From IMG/VR virus record IMGVR_UViG_2706794599_000005: a DNA stretch of 64,000 nt; one strand, written 5' to 3'. How positions within the stretch are numbered: the stretch's first letter is position 1; the number at the start of each line of letters is the position of its first letter. Position numbers and translations under genes: made by a program. The stretch comes from an uncultured virus (IMG/VR IMGVR_UViG_2706794599_000005) (lineage: Duplodnaviria; Heunggongvirae; Uroviricota; Caudoviricetes). This document shows positions 1 through 8,167 of the stretch, piece after piece. Under the pieces are notes generated by a model that was not told the origin of the DNA, did not search any database, and worked only from the letters and a program-made list of their open reading frames with translations.

Positions 1-1068
1 CTACTTCGTTGGCTCCACGATCTCGCCGACACGACGATAGACCGTCTCGGTGATGCGCTTGTCGGTGTGTCCAAGCAGCCTGGATGCCCGGCCGAGGTCA
101 GCAATTTCAGAGGCTGCCTTCGGGCGGATGTCTCGGAACTGAAACTGACGAATCGCGGTGGCCAGGGTCTCGTCGAGTTCCTCCAGCGCCGCGCCGGCGG
201 CGGCCGACCGTGCTTCGTCAAAGCGAATGCGCAGCATGGAGGATGTCATCCGGCGCCCATCGGGCGTAGTGATCAGATACGGGCCGGCTACGCCGCGCTG
301 GCGCCGCTGCTCGCACAGCCGCGCAACGAGTTCTCCAAGCGCCGTCGGGCTGCCGTCGACATCGAGCATGATGCGCAACTTCTTCGACGTCTTGCCCTGG
401 GCGATCTGCAGGTGCCCATCCTGAATGTCCGCCTCCCGAATGATCAGCACGTCGCTCGGTCGCTGGGCGGTGAGATAGGCAAGGTCCATTGCGTCGCGGA
501 GTTCCGGTGGCGCCGCGCCGTATACCGCGTTCCAGACCTCGGCCCTGGCGTAGAAGTCGCGCGGCGTCTCGCGGTTCTTGCGAACCCCCTTCACCGGGTT
601 TTCAGCCGTGACGATTCCCCACTCCCTGGCGATGTTGAAGATGTGGGAGAAGAGGGATAGCTCCCTGTTCGCCCGAACCTTCGCGGACCGCTTGTCCCGG
701 TACTGTGCCAGCACTTGGGGGGTGAGCGCCTCGACCGGCGCTTCTGAAAACGCCTTTCGCAGTTGCGTCAGAGAGAGGAGGTTGTCCTTTTGGGTGCGTG
801 GCGCTTTCCCGGGGATGATCTCTTTTTCGTACCGGTCGAACACGTCACCCCATTTGCGCAGGGTCTTCGGAGCCGGACTGGCATCCAGCCGCGCCCACTC
901 CAGCTTTGCCAGGTCCAGGTCGGTGCCGAGCGGGATTTCCTTCCTCTTTCCGTCTTCGCCGCGGCCGTCGTAGTAGTAGCCAACCCACAACCTCCCTCCT
1001 TTTAGCTTCCTGGTCCGGCGAATCATCCGGGGCGGGAGATCCCTGTTCTTCGGCTGCTTCGGCCGCAT
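1..1068 (-). CDS. int: Tyrosine recombinase (phage integrase)
   Basis: Catalytic motifs TAQRPSD, FRDIRPK, LLGH and VYRR; N-terminal arm-binding-like domain. Confidence 0.93.
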   Translation of the reverse strand: MRPKQPKNRDLPPRMIRRTRKLKGGRLWVGYYYDGRGEDGKRKEIPLGTDLDLAKLEWARLDASPAPKTLRKWGDVFDRYEKEIIPGKAPRTQKDNLLSLTQLRKAFSEAPVEALTPQVLAQYRDKRSAKVRANRELSLFSHIFNIAREWGIVTAENPVKGVRKNRETPRDFYARAEVWNAVYGAAPPELRDAMDLAYLTAQRPSDVLIIREADIQDGHLQIAQGKTSKKLRIMLDVDGSPTALGELVARLCEQRRQRGVAGPYLITTPDGRRMTSSMLRIRFDEARSAAAGAALEELDETLATAIRQFQFRDIRPKAASEIADLGRASRLLGHTDKRITETVYRRVGEIVEPTK

Positions 1069-1069
1069 T

Positions 1070-1306
1070 TCAACTCACCTTCGACAGATCCAGCGTCCAC
1101 GGTTCCTGTACAGCGACCGTTCCGTTCGGCTTCACTCCGGCCAGCCGCAGGCGGGCATAGATCCGCCCGACGACAGGTCGCTGCGCAGCATTCAATTCGT
1201 ACTTCCAGCCATGAGATGCCAGCCACTCGACCTGTTTTTTCGATGACTTGGCGCCGATCATGGCCTCCAACTCCTCCTTCGAGAGGAACTCAGATGGGGT
1301 TTCCAT
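1070..1306 (-). CDS. Excisionase-like protein (DUF4224 type)
   Basis: 78 aa METPSEFLSKEELEAMIGAK...GRIYAR directly upstream of int. Confidence 0.75.
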   Translation of the reverse strand: METPSEFLSKEELEAMIGAKSSKKQVEWLASHGWKYELNAAQRPVVGRIYARLRLAGVKPNGTVAVQEPWTLDLSKVS

Positions 1307-1385
1307 GGGCAATGCCTCTCCGCCCAGGCGGATCGCCCGGGACCGAAATTGAGTGTTAGGATTCTCTCCCCAGCCGGGACGGGCC

Positions 1386-2915
1386 TCAGGAAGAGGCCGT
1401 GGTGGCTCCCGGCTGGGGATTTTGCGATATGCCTGCCCGGTCGAGACGTTCGATCTCAGCCAGCGCCAGGGCACAGGCCTTGACCAGATCACGGCGCGCA
1501 CTGGTCGGCTTCCACCACTGTTCATCCCAGGGCCATGCGAGCGACACCAGCAGGGCAGCGGTTCCATCGTTCGGAGCGCTGGAGCCGGCCAGGGCGTAGC
1601 AGGCGGCGGCGCGGGCCATCTCGCCGTGGCTGTGCGCATCGTCGTGCTCCGGCGTCCATCCCTCGGCGGTGATCTGCCGGCGGCGCTCTGCCTGAACGTC
1701 GAGCCATGCCTGCGGCACTTCCTTGCCGGGCGCGGCGGCGAGAGAGCGCAGAGCATCATGGATGGCTCGCAGATCATCGTCGGTCGGCTCCTTGCGTAGG
1801 TACAGAACGACCGCGCGCGGATGACCAGTGTCGCGTCCGATCCCTGACACTTCCGGCGCGCTGTGCTGAGCCTGGGCGGGCGGCTTCCGGTACAGCTCGA
1901 CCACGCTCCCGCCGTGGTCGGCGACCTGTGTCAGGGCATCGCCCAGCGTGTTGTGAAGGCCCGAGTGGTCGGTATCGTCGCAGTCGGCGAAGTAGTAGAA
2001 CGGCTCCTGCTTCTCCAGATCGGCCAGCTTCGCCTCCACCTCCGCGACCCTGGCCAGGGCGGCGTCGCGCTCTGCCATGCGGCCCGAAACCAGACCATCA
2101 AGACGAGCAATTTCCGCTTCCCGTTCCCGGATTTCGTTCTGCAAGGCTCGGTAGGTTTCCTGGCCGGAATCCATGTAATCGTTCTTGTGCTGGCGGAGCT
2201 GGGCTATCACCGCCCGCAGTTCCCCGACGATGCACTCATGCTGGGCGATGGTCATAAGCGGCCGGCGTTCGACGGTGTAGGAGCGTTCGAACTCCTCGCC
2301 TTTTCCTGGGTGCCAGAGACTCCAGCCAGTTTGCGGTCCTGCGGTGACGCGGTATTGCCACGCCACAACCTCCGGCCGCTCCGCCTCTGCCTGCTCAGGC
2401 CTGAGTGCTTCAGCGGGCGCTTCGTTGAACGCTTCAGCATGCGGGGCTAGGTTGAGCGGGTCGAGTTGCTCGCGAAACGCCTGGAGCCGCTCGATGCGCT
2501 CCGCCTCTTGCTCCGGAGTGGACTCGAACTCGTACAGCCGCTGGGCGGCTTCGACTACCAGCCGCGACGACACGCCAGCGCTGAAGCGGACGCCACCGAC
2601 CTTGGCTGGCTGTTCCAGCTTGGGCCAATGGTTGAATGCTCGACGGGCGAGGGCAATGTCGCATACCGCAGCTGGAACAGGCTGGCCGTCCTCGCCCTCG
2701 AGTTCGTTGGCCAGCCACTCTTCGAAGCTGGCTTCCGATCGAGCCGGCGCCTGGTCCTTGATCATGGCCAGCAGGCTCTCGGCTGAGGAGTGAACGTCGT
2801 CGAGGTCCGTCGACCAGCGCTGCGGGCTGGTGTCGTGGATGTTGTCCAGGGCTTCGACGATGCCGCGCAGGCGGGTGGCGCACTGCTCGATCAGTTGGTG
2901 TTGGGTAGAGGACAT
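1386..2915 (-). CDS. Mosaic Ead/Ea22-like early phage protein with C-terminal AERRRQ..EGWTPEHDD domain
   Basis: Long ORF with coiled-coil segments and a C-terminal domain common in prophage early regions. Confidence 0.65.
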   Translation of the reverse strand: MSSTQHQLIEQCATRLRGIVEALDNIHDTSPQRWSTDLDDVHSSAESLLAMIKDQAPARSEASFEEWLANELEGEDGQPVPAAVCDIALARRAFNHWPKLEQPAKVGGVRFSAGVSSRLVVEAAQRLYEFESTPEQEAERIERLQAFREQLDPLNLAPHAEAFNEAPAEALRPEQAEAERPEVVAWQYRVTAGPQTGWSLWHPGKGEEFERSYTVERRPLMTIAQHECIVGELRAVIAQLRQHKNDYMDSGQETYRALQNEIREREAEIARLDGLVSGRMAERDAALARVAEVEAKLADLEKQEPFYYFADCDDTDHSGLHNTLGDALTQVADHGGSVVELYRKPPAQAQHSAPEVSGIGRDTGHPRAVVLYLRKEPTDDDLRAIHDALRSLAAAPGKEVPQAWLDVQAERRRQITAEGWTPEHDDAHSHGEMARAAACYALAGSSAPNDGTAALLVSLAWPWDEQWWKPTSARRDLVKACALALAEIERLDRAGISQNPQPGATTASS

Positions 2916-3016
2916 TGTGGTGTCTCCGGTTGCTCCGGCGCCGGCGGCCGGCAGCGGAAGCATTTGCACAGGCCTATCCGTTGGCCCGTGGTGCGGCAGA
3001 TGGTGGGGCGGTTCAT
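2891..3016 (-). CDS. Small Cys-rich hypothetical protein
   Basis: MNRPTICRTTGQRIGLCKCFRCR; start overlaps the upstream stop. Confidence 0.5.
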   Translation of the reverse strand: MNRPTICRTTGQRIGLCKCFRCRPPAPEQPETPQCPLPNTN

Positions 3017-3519
3017 TTCGTGGCGTCTTGCTTCATGGCTTTGGCGTGGCCGACGCAGGTGCGGACTGGGTCGCCCTGGTCGTCTAGGTCGGCGTGGCAG
3101 TAGAACCGGCTGAGTTCCTGCCGGCAGTAGATGGCATCGGAGGTGGTGACCGGCGAGGTGTTCGCCGGGGTGCCGAGGCGATAGGCACAGCCGGCGCACG
3201 TGCCGCGTGGATCCACAGTGGCGGCCAGGACAACACCTTGCAGCGCTCCGAACATCGTCGGCAGGTTCGCCTGCTCCGCGGTGTGCGGGTGTTCGCCGCG
3301 CTCGATGAGGATCAACTCCACCATCGCTCGGCAGTTCTCGGCGACGGCGTTGGCCATGCCCAGCACCTGGGCGAACAGGTCGAGCATGCCGGCCAGGTTG
3401 CGCTGGGCGGCCATTTTCTCCAACACCTGGCGGCGCAGGTTCGCCGGCAGAAGAACGGCGCCGGCCAGTTCGCGCGCGTCAGCGGCACTGATCTGGTAGT
3501 CGACAGGGGGCTCAGCCAT
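3013..3519 (-). CDS. Hypothetical phage protein (CxxC)
   Basis: 168 aa ORF, GAGGA RBS, operon packing. Confidence 0.65.
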   Translation of the reverse strand: MAEPPVDYQISAADARELAGAVLLPANLRRQVLEKMAAQRNLAGMLDLFAQVLGMANAVAENCRAMVELILIERGEHPHTAEQANLPTMFGALQGVVLAATVDPRGTCAGCAYRLGTPANTSPVTTSDAIYCRQELSRFYCHADLDDQGDPVRTCVGHAKAMKQDATK

Positions 3520-3706
3520 AGTTCCTCCTGGGGTTTATTCGTAGGGACCGGTCATGGTTGAGCTGTCGGAACTCGGTGCAGATGACGATCACGTCGGGAC
3601 CGTCACGGCGGTGGACCGGCATCGTGCTGAAGTCGAAGCTCGAACAGTCGTCCAGGCGTCGCTCGCAGGCGCGGCAGCGCCCGCCCTTGGGGTAGTAGTT
3701 GGGCAT
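3512..3706 (-). CDS. Small hypothetical phage protein
   Basis: MPNYYPKGGRCRAC, 64 aa, fills operon gap. Confidence 0.6.
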   Translation of the reverse strand: MPNYYPKGGRCRACERRLDDCSSFDFSTMPVHRRDGPDVIVICTEFRQLNHDRSLRINPRRNYG

Positions 3707-3713
3707 GGTTGGC

Positions 3714-4472
3714 TCAGGTGAAGAGGGTGGGCTGGGCGCTCTTGTCCAGCGCCTGCTGGATCTTGGTGAAGGCCTCGGGGTGCTGCTGGTCGAACGCTGG
3801 CATGCGGGGCGACTCAACCCAGGTGCCGCGCTCGGCGCCCTTGTCGAGCCAGGATCGTGTCCAGTTCGTGGCGCTGACGCCGCATTCGGCGATCTGCTTC
3901 GTTGTGATGAAGCCCTGGCGGCGTAGCGTGGCGATCACCTTCAGCGCGCCTTCCTTCCATTGGGTGAGCCGCAGCGGCGCCGGAACGCCGGCGGGCACGT
4001 CGGGGACCACGATCGGGACATGGCAGCGTTCCGCGGGGTTCCAGTCGAACAGTTGCGGCCCGCTCATGTGCTGGAGCCAGTGGCGCAAGTGGAACTCGGG
4101 GAAGTCGACGAACTTGCCGTCGCGCCGACGGTGTCCGCGGGACGGCGCGAGCACTGCGATGCCGCACATTTCAAGCAGGCGCGCGATTCCGTGGCTGGCC
4201 TCGGTGATCCGCCCGACAATGACCAGGCGGTGATCTGGCCCTGGCGCCCCGTACCGGTCTTGCCAGTACTGCGGCAGGATCTGGTCGGCCACCTTGGCGT
4301 TCAACTGCAACTTGGCCTCGACGCCGATCTGCCGGCCATCCTCGTGGACCACCAGGATGTCGAACCCGGCAGTCTCCGGGTAGCAGGTCCAGCCGGGGAC
4401 TCGGTTGAACTCGTCGATGAACGCCGCGCAGAGTTCGGCCTCGCTCTGCACCAGCGGGGCCTGGCTCTTCAT
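3714..4472 (-). CDS. Hypothetical protein with PD-(D/E)xK-like motif
   Basis: FDILVV...GVEAKL motif; ATGA overlap with upstream gene. Confidence 0.6.
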   Translation of the reverse strand: MKSQAPLVQSEAELCAAFIDEFNRVPGWTCYPETAGFDILVVHEDGRQIGVEAKLQLNAKVADQILPQYWQDRYGAPGPDHRLVIVGRITEASHGIARLLEMCGIAVLAPSRGHRRRDGKFVDFPEFHLRHWLQHMSGPQLFDWNPAERCHVPIVVPDVPAGVPAPLRLTQWKEGALKVIATLRRQGFITTKQIAECGVSATNWTRSWLDKGAERGTWVESPRMPAFDQQHPEAFTKIQQALDKSAQPTLFT

Positions 4473-4792
4473 GTCGGTATCTCCGCAGGACCGGTGATGT
4501 GCTCCGCGTGCAGAGCGCGCATTCCCAGGTTGGTGGCTACGGTGAACTCCAGCCTGGCGCCCTTCGAATCCATCCAGCCGGGCAGCAGGGCGATTGCCTG
4601 GCAGGTGAGCAGCTTCTGCAGGTCGAGCCGCAGGTAGTCGGCCCACTCGAAGCCCGGAATCTCGCCGTGCTCGGCGGGGTTCTCGAACTGGTACCCGAGG
4701 CTGCGCAGGCGCGCGGCTTCGGCGTGGAAGGCGGGGAAGTTGTGTTCCGGCAGGCCGGTCATGGGGCCGGCGAGGTAGATGCGCTGGGTCAT
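4469..4792 (-). CDS. DUF4406 / nucleoside deoxyribosyltransferase-like protein
   Basis: IYLAGPMTG...NPAE...LLPGWMDSKGARLE signature. Confidence 0.8.
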   Translation of the reverse strand: MTQRIYLAGPMTGLPEHNFPAFHAEAARLRSLGYQFENPAEHGEIPGFEWADYLRLDLQKLLTCQAIALLPGWMDSKGARLEFTVATNLGMRALHAEHITGPAEIPT

Positions 4793-5655
4793 TCTCCGCG
4801 CGCCTCCTGAATATCGGCCTCGGTCAGGGTGTAACTGGTAACCCCGTCGACGAGATAGAAGTCCGGCGGGCAGTTCGCCCTGGCCCAGCCGCGCAGGAAG
4901 CTTCCCAGGTCGGCCATTGCTTCCTTGCTGGCCTGCGGCCAGTCGTCCACCCATTCCCCGGCATCGCTGCAACTGGCGTTGTCGTTCATGCTGCTGATCA
5001 GGCTGTCCGGATCGACGAAGCCAGCGGGATCGAGGTAGCGCTTCGTTCCGAAGTACACGGTGGAGCCTGCCTGCAACTCGTCGTAGCTGGTGATGAGTTC
5101 TGAGAGATCCTCGTTGTGCCAGTCCTCTCCGTTGGCGCTCCAGGTGATTTCCCCTGACCGTGGATCGCTGTAAGCGACGGCCGGAGCATCCCCAGTGCGG
5201 TCGTGCTCGATCGCCTTGTCGGCCGGCACCGTGCGCCAGTCCGGCCAGGACCGCGCCTCATTCTTCGCCTGCTTGGCCAGCAGGGCGTCGATGATCTGCG
5301 CGGGAGTGGCGCCGGTGCGCCAAGCCCCGTCCAGGGCCAGGATCACAACGTCGATCCACTCGGCCAGGTCGCCGGGGGTTTCCTCGATCTCGCGCAACTC
5401 CTTGCGGATGTGGTCGATGACGCCAGCGGCGCGCGCCCCTGGCCCGAACGTGCGTTCGCTGAACCGGCGCTGGCGCTCCAGGTGCAGGTCGAAACGGAAC
5501 ACGTCCAGCCGCCCGCGGGCGCGGCCAAGCGCGTAGGCCTCATCCTGGAACATCAGGAGGTGATCGCTGGTGCGTCCGGTCAGGACATCGAGATAGCGGC
5601 TGTGGAGCGCTTCAATGGCAAGGTGATCGTCGGGGTGGTTCTGGTTCGTCGTCAT
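4789..5655 (-). CDS. DUF550 dATP/dGTP pyrophosphohydrolase-domain protein with C-terminal extension
   Basis: FSERTFGPG..GVIDHIRKELREI..EWIDVVILALDG..KQAKNEARSWPDWR. Confidence 0.8.
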   Translation of the reverse strand: MTTNQNHPDDHLAIEALHSRYLDVLTGRTSDHLLMFQDEAYALGRARGRLDVFRFDLHLERQRRFSERTFGPGARAAGVIDHIRKELREIEETPGDLAEWIDVVILALDGAWRTGATPAQIIDALLAKQAKNEARSWPDWRTVPADKAIEHDRTGDAPAVAYSDPRSGEITWSANGEDWHNEDLSELITSYDELQAGSTVYFGTKRYLDPAGFVDPDSLISSMNDNASCSDAGEWVDDWPQASKEAMADLGSFLRGWARANCPPDFYLVDGVTSYTLTEADIQEARGE

Positions 5656-6080
5656 GGCTGCACCTGCTGAAGTGGACGATGGCCTGGTTTCGGCGGTAGG
5701 TGTGGGGAGAGCAGCGCGTCCTCGAGGGACATGCCTGCGGCGAGTCGCCGGCGGACGGTGCTGGCCGAGACGGGGCTCGGCAGCAGGTCGACCAACTCTT
5801 CGAGGGTTCCGGTTCTGCCGCGCACGGTGTGGGTGTGCTTTTCCTTGCGTGCCTGGCGGGCCTGGTCCAGTGCGCGGGCGAGTGCCGGCGTGCAGTAACC
5901 TCGTTTCTGCGAGTTGGCCCGCTTGTGGTCCAGCGACTGGCCCTTCGCCGGCCACTCGATGTCCGGCATCAGGGTCAGCATTTCGCGGAATACCCATGGG
6001 CCGATGCCCAGGGCCAGCCGGGTGGCGCGGCGGGAAAGCCCGCGCGCGGCGGACTCCCGAATGAACTGCTCAGTGTTCAT
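5652..6080 (-). CDS. Hypothetical DNA-binding phage protein
   Basis: 142 aa basic ORF with ATGA overlaps. Confidence 0.6.
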   Translation of the reverse strand: MNTEQFIRESAARGLSRRATRLALGIGPWVFREMLTLMPDIEWPAKGQSLDHKRANSQKRGYCTPALARALDQARQARKEKHTHTVRGRTGTLEELVDLLPSPVSASTVRRRLAAGMSLEDALLSPHLPPKPGHRPLQQVQP

Positions 6081-8167
6081 GCCGCCACCTGCTGCGGACT
6101 CGGGCGTAGCCGCCGCTTCCATGGGTCGTTCGCCCGGGCGTACGCGGCCATCGTGTTCGGGCTCACGCTGTTGCCGCACATGTGGACCTGCTGAGACAGA
6201 GTGAACCGCTGCCCGTTGTGGCCCCGCTCGATGATGTAGCTGTCGGGGAAGCCCTGGGCGCGGTACAACTCGCGCGGCTTCAGCATCCGCAGCCGGATGT
6301 CGACGATCACGTAGGGGCTACCGCTGATCCAGACCGTGACCAGCGCCAAGCGGTCCTTGGTGGTGATCGTGGTCAGCGGATCGTCCAACTTCGCCCACTG
6401 CCCGCCGGTCGAGTGGTAGCGCATCAGGAACGCCGACACCCACAGCGCGCCGTCCAATTGCTCCGGCGTCAGGCTGCTGGCGACCATTTCCGCGGTGACC
6501 AGACCGTGGTGCGTGCCGCCGGCGCTGACCGTGTGCAGCGGCTCGTCGGCGGCGCGCGCGTCGCAGTTGCCGCGCAGATGCAGCAGGTGGGCGGCGACCA
6601 GGCCGTGGTGGTCCGTGCCGGTTTGCGTGCCCAGCGGTCCGTCCACCGGTGCGCCATGCGATCCCTTCCGTAGCGTTACCAGGTGTGCCGTGGCGAGCTG
6701 CTGCTGGCTGCCCTTGTTGGTGATGGTGCTGATCGGGGCATCGGCCGGGCGACTGTGGGTGGTGTTGTAGCCGCCGTTGGCCTGGACCATGAACGCGGTG
6801 GCCACTCCGCAGTCAGCTTTCGCGGTGATGGTGTACATCGGCTCGGCGACCGAACGCGGCTCGGTTTGGCCGGCGCGGCCGCCGACGCCTACCAGGATCG
6901 TGCTGGCCAAGCCCAGCGCGTGCGCAGCACCAGCAGGCCGCTTGCATTCTCCGCCGCTGGTGATCGTCGGCATCGGCTGGTCGACCGGTGCGCCGGTGGC
7001 GTCGAAGCGGAACTTGACCAGGTGGGCGGCCGCGACGGCGTGCTTGATGCCGCCGGCGACCACGGTGCCGAGCGGTTCATCCAGTTCAAGGACGCGCGGT
7101 GCCTGTCCGTCGCGCTCGCCGTAGCCAACTTGGATCAGCGTCGGGGTGGCAACGGAGAAAGCGCCACCCTTCGGCCAGGCAGTGATGGTGTTCAGCGGCT
7201 GGTCCACCGGATGCACGGCTTCGCGCGACCAGTTCGCGATCGGCACGATGAAGGGCTTGGCGCGCTGGAGCACTTCTTTCTCGATACCCTTCGCGATGCG
7301 GCGCATGGTGGCCTCCGCCAGCGGCTTCTTCCGGTTGCGGATCGACTGGCCGAGGTCGCTCCAATCGATGCACTCTGCTGCCGTGCGGTACGGCTTCAGC
7401 CCCTTGCTGGGTTTCGCGGCATGGGTCTTCTCCGCCGCCACTGGCTCGAAACCGCCGTCTGTGGCCACCAGGTACAGGCGCTGGCGGGTGGTCGGGTCGC
7501 CGTAGTCGCAGTTGCGCTCGACCCAGTAGTCCACCTGGTAGCCGAAGCCGCGCAGGGTCTGGACGAACTGGCGCCAGGTGCGACCCTTGCGCTTCGGATC
7601 GGGCACCAGGAACTGCTCGTGGCGCGGCACGCGCTCCCCTGGCTCGGCCACCGTGCCGTCGAGACGCACGACGCGGCCGGTCGCTTTGTCGCGCTTGGCG
7701 ATCAGCGGGCCCCATTGCAGGATCTGTTTCACGTTCTCCAGGCTGATCACCCAGGGCCCGCGGCCGAGCTTGTGCAGCTTGCCGGCCCACTTCACCACCA
7801 CCCACGAGAGATCCCGGATTTCCTTCTTGCGCGGCTGGCCGCCGGCGGCCTGACTGTGATGTCGGCAGTCCGGGGAGGCGTGCAGCCAGCCCACGGTGGC
7901 GCCCTTGGTGGCCTCGATGGGGTCGATGCCCCAGACATCGGTCGGCAGATGCTCGGCGTGCGGGTGGTTGGCCTCGTGCATGCTGATTGCGGCTGGGTTG
8001 TGGTTGATGGCCAGGTCGACCTTGCGGCCCAGGCCCATTTCCAGACCGGTGCTGGCACCGCCGCCGCCGGCGAACAGGTCGACGATGATCGCGTCGTCGG
8101 TGTCGTCCAGGGCCAGGCCGTACTGGGTTTTGAAGTCGAGCGGGGAGGGCTTCTTGAGGGAAGTCAT
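6077..8167 (-). CDS. DNA (cytosine-5) methyltransferase, 696 aa
   Basis: Motif I DLFAGGGG, motif IV SPDC, motif VI ENV, motif VIII RQRLY, motif X GNSV. Confidence 0.92.
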   Translation of the reverse strand: MTSLKKPSPLDFKTQYGLALDDTDDAIIVDLFAGGGGASTGLEMGLGRKVDLAINHNPAAISMHEANHPHAEHLPTDVWGIDPIEATKGATVGWLHASPDCRHHSQAAGGQPRKKEIRDLSWVVVKWAGKLHKLGRGPWVISLENVKQILQWGPLIAKRDKATGRVVRLDGTVAEPGERVPRHEQFLVPDPKRKGRTWRQFVQTLRGFGYQVDYWVERNCDYGDPTTRQRLYLVATDGGFEPVAAEKTHAAKPSKGLKPYRTAAECIDWSDLGQSIRNRKKPLAEATMRRIAKGIEKEVLQRAKPFIVPIANWSREAVHPVDQPLNTITAWPKGGAFSVATPTLIQVGYGERDGQAPRVLELDEPLGTVVAGGIKHAVAAAHLVKFRFDATGAPVDQPMPTITSGGECKRPAGAAHALGLASTILVGVGGRAGQTEPRSVAEPMYTITAKADCGVATAFMVQANGGYNTTHSRPADAPISTITNKGSQQQLATAHLVTLRKGSHGAPVDGPLGTQTGTDHHGLVAAHLLHLRGNCDARAADEPLHTVSAGGTHHGLVTAEMVASSLTPEQLDGALWVSAFLMRYHSTGGQWAKLDDPLTTITTKDRLALVTVWISGSPYVIVDIRLRMLKPRELYRAQGFPDSYIIERGHNGQRFTLSQQVHMCGNSVSPNTMAAYARANDPWKRRLRPSPQQVAA

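Noticed and set aside
4789..5655. Z-base (2-aminoadenine) DNA system suggested by DUF550
   Set aside because: No PurZ, DatZ or dedicated polymerase in the prophage
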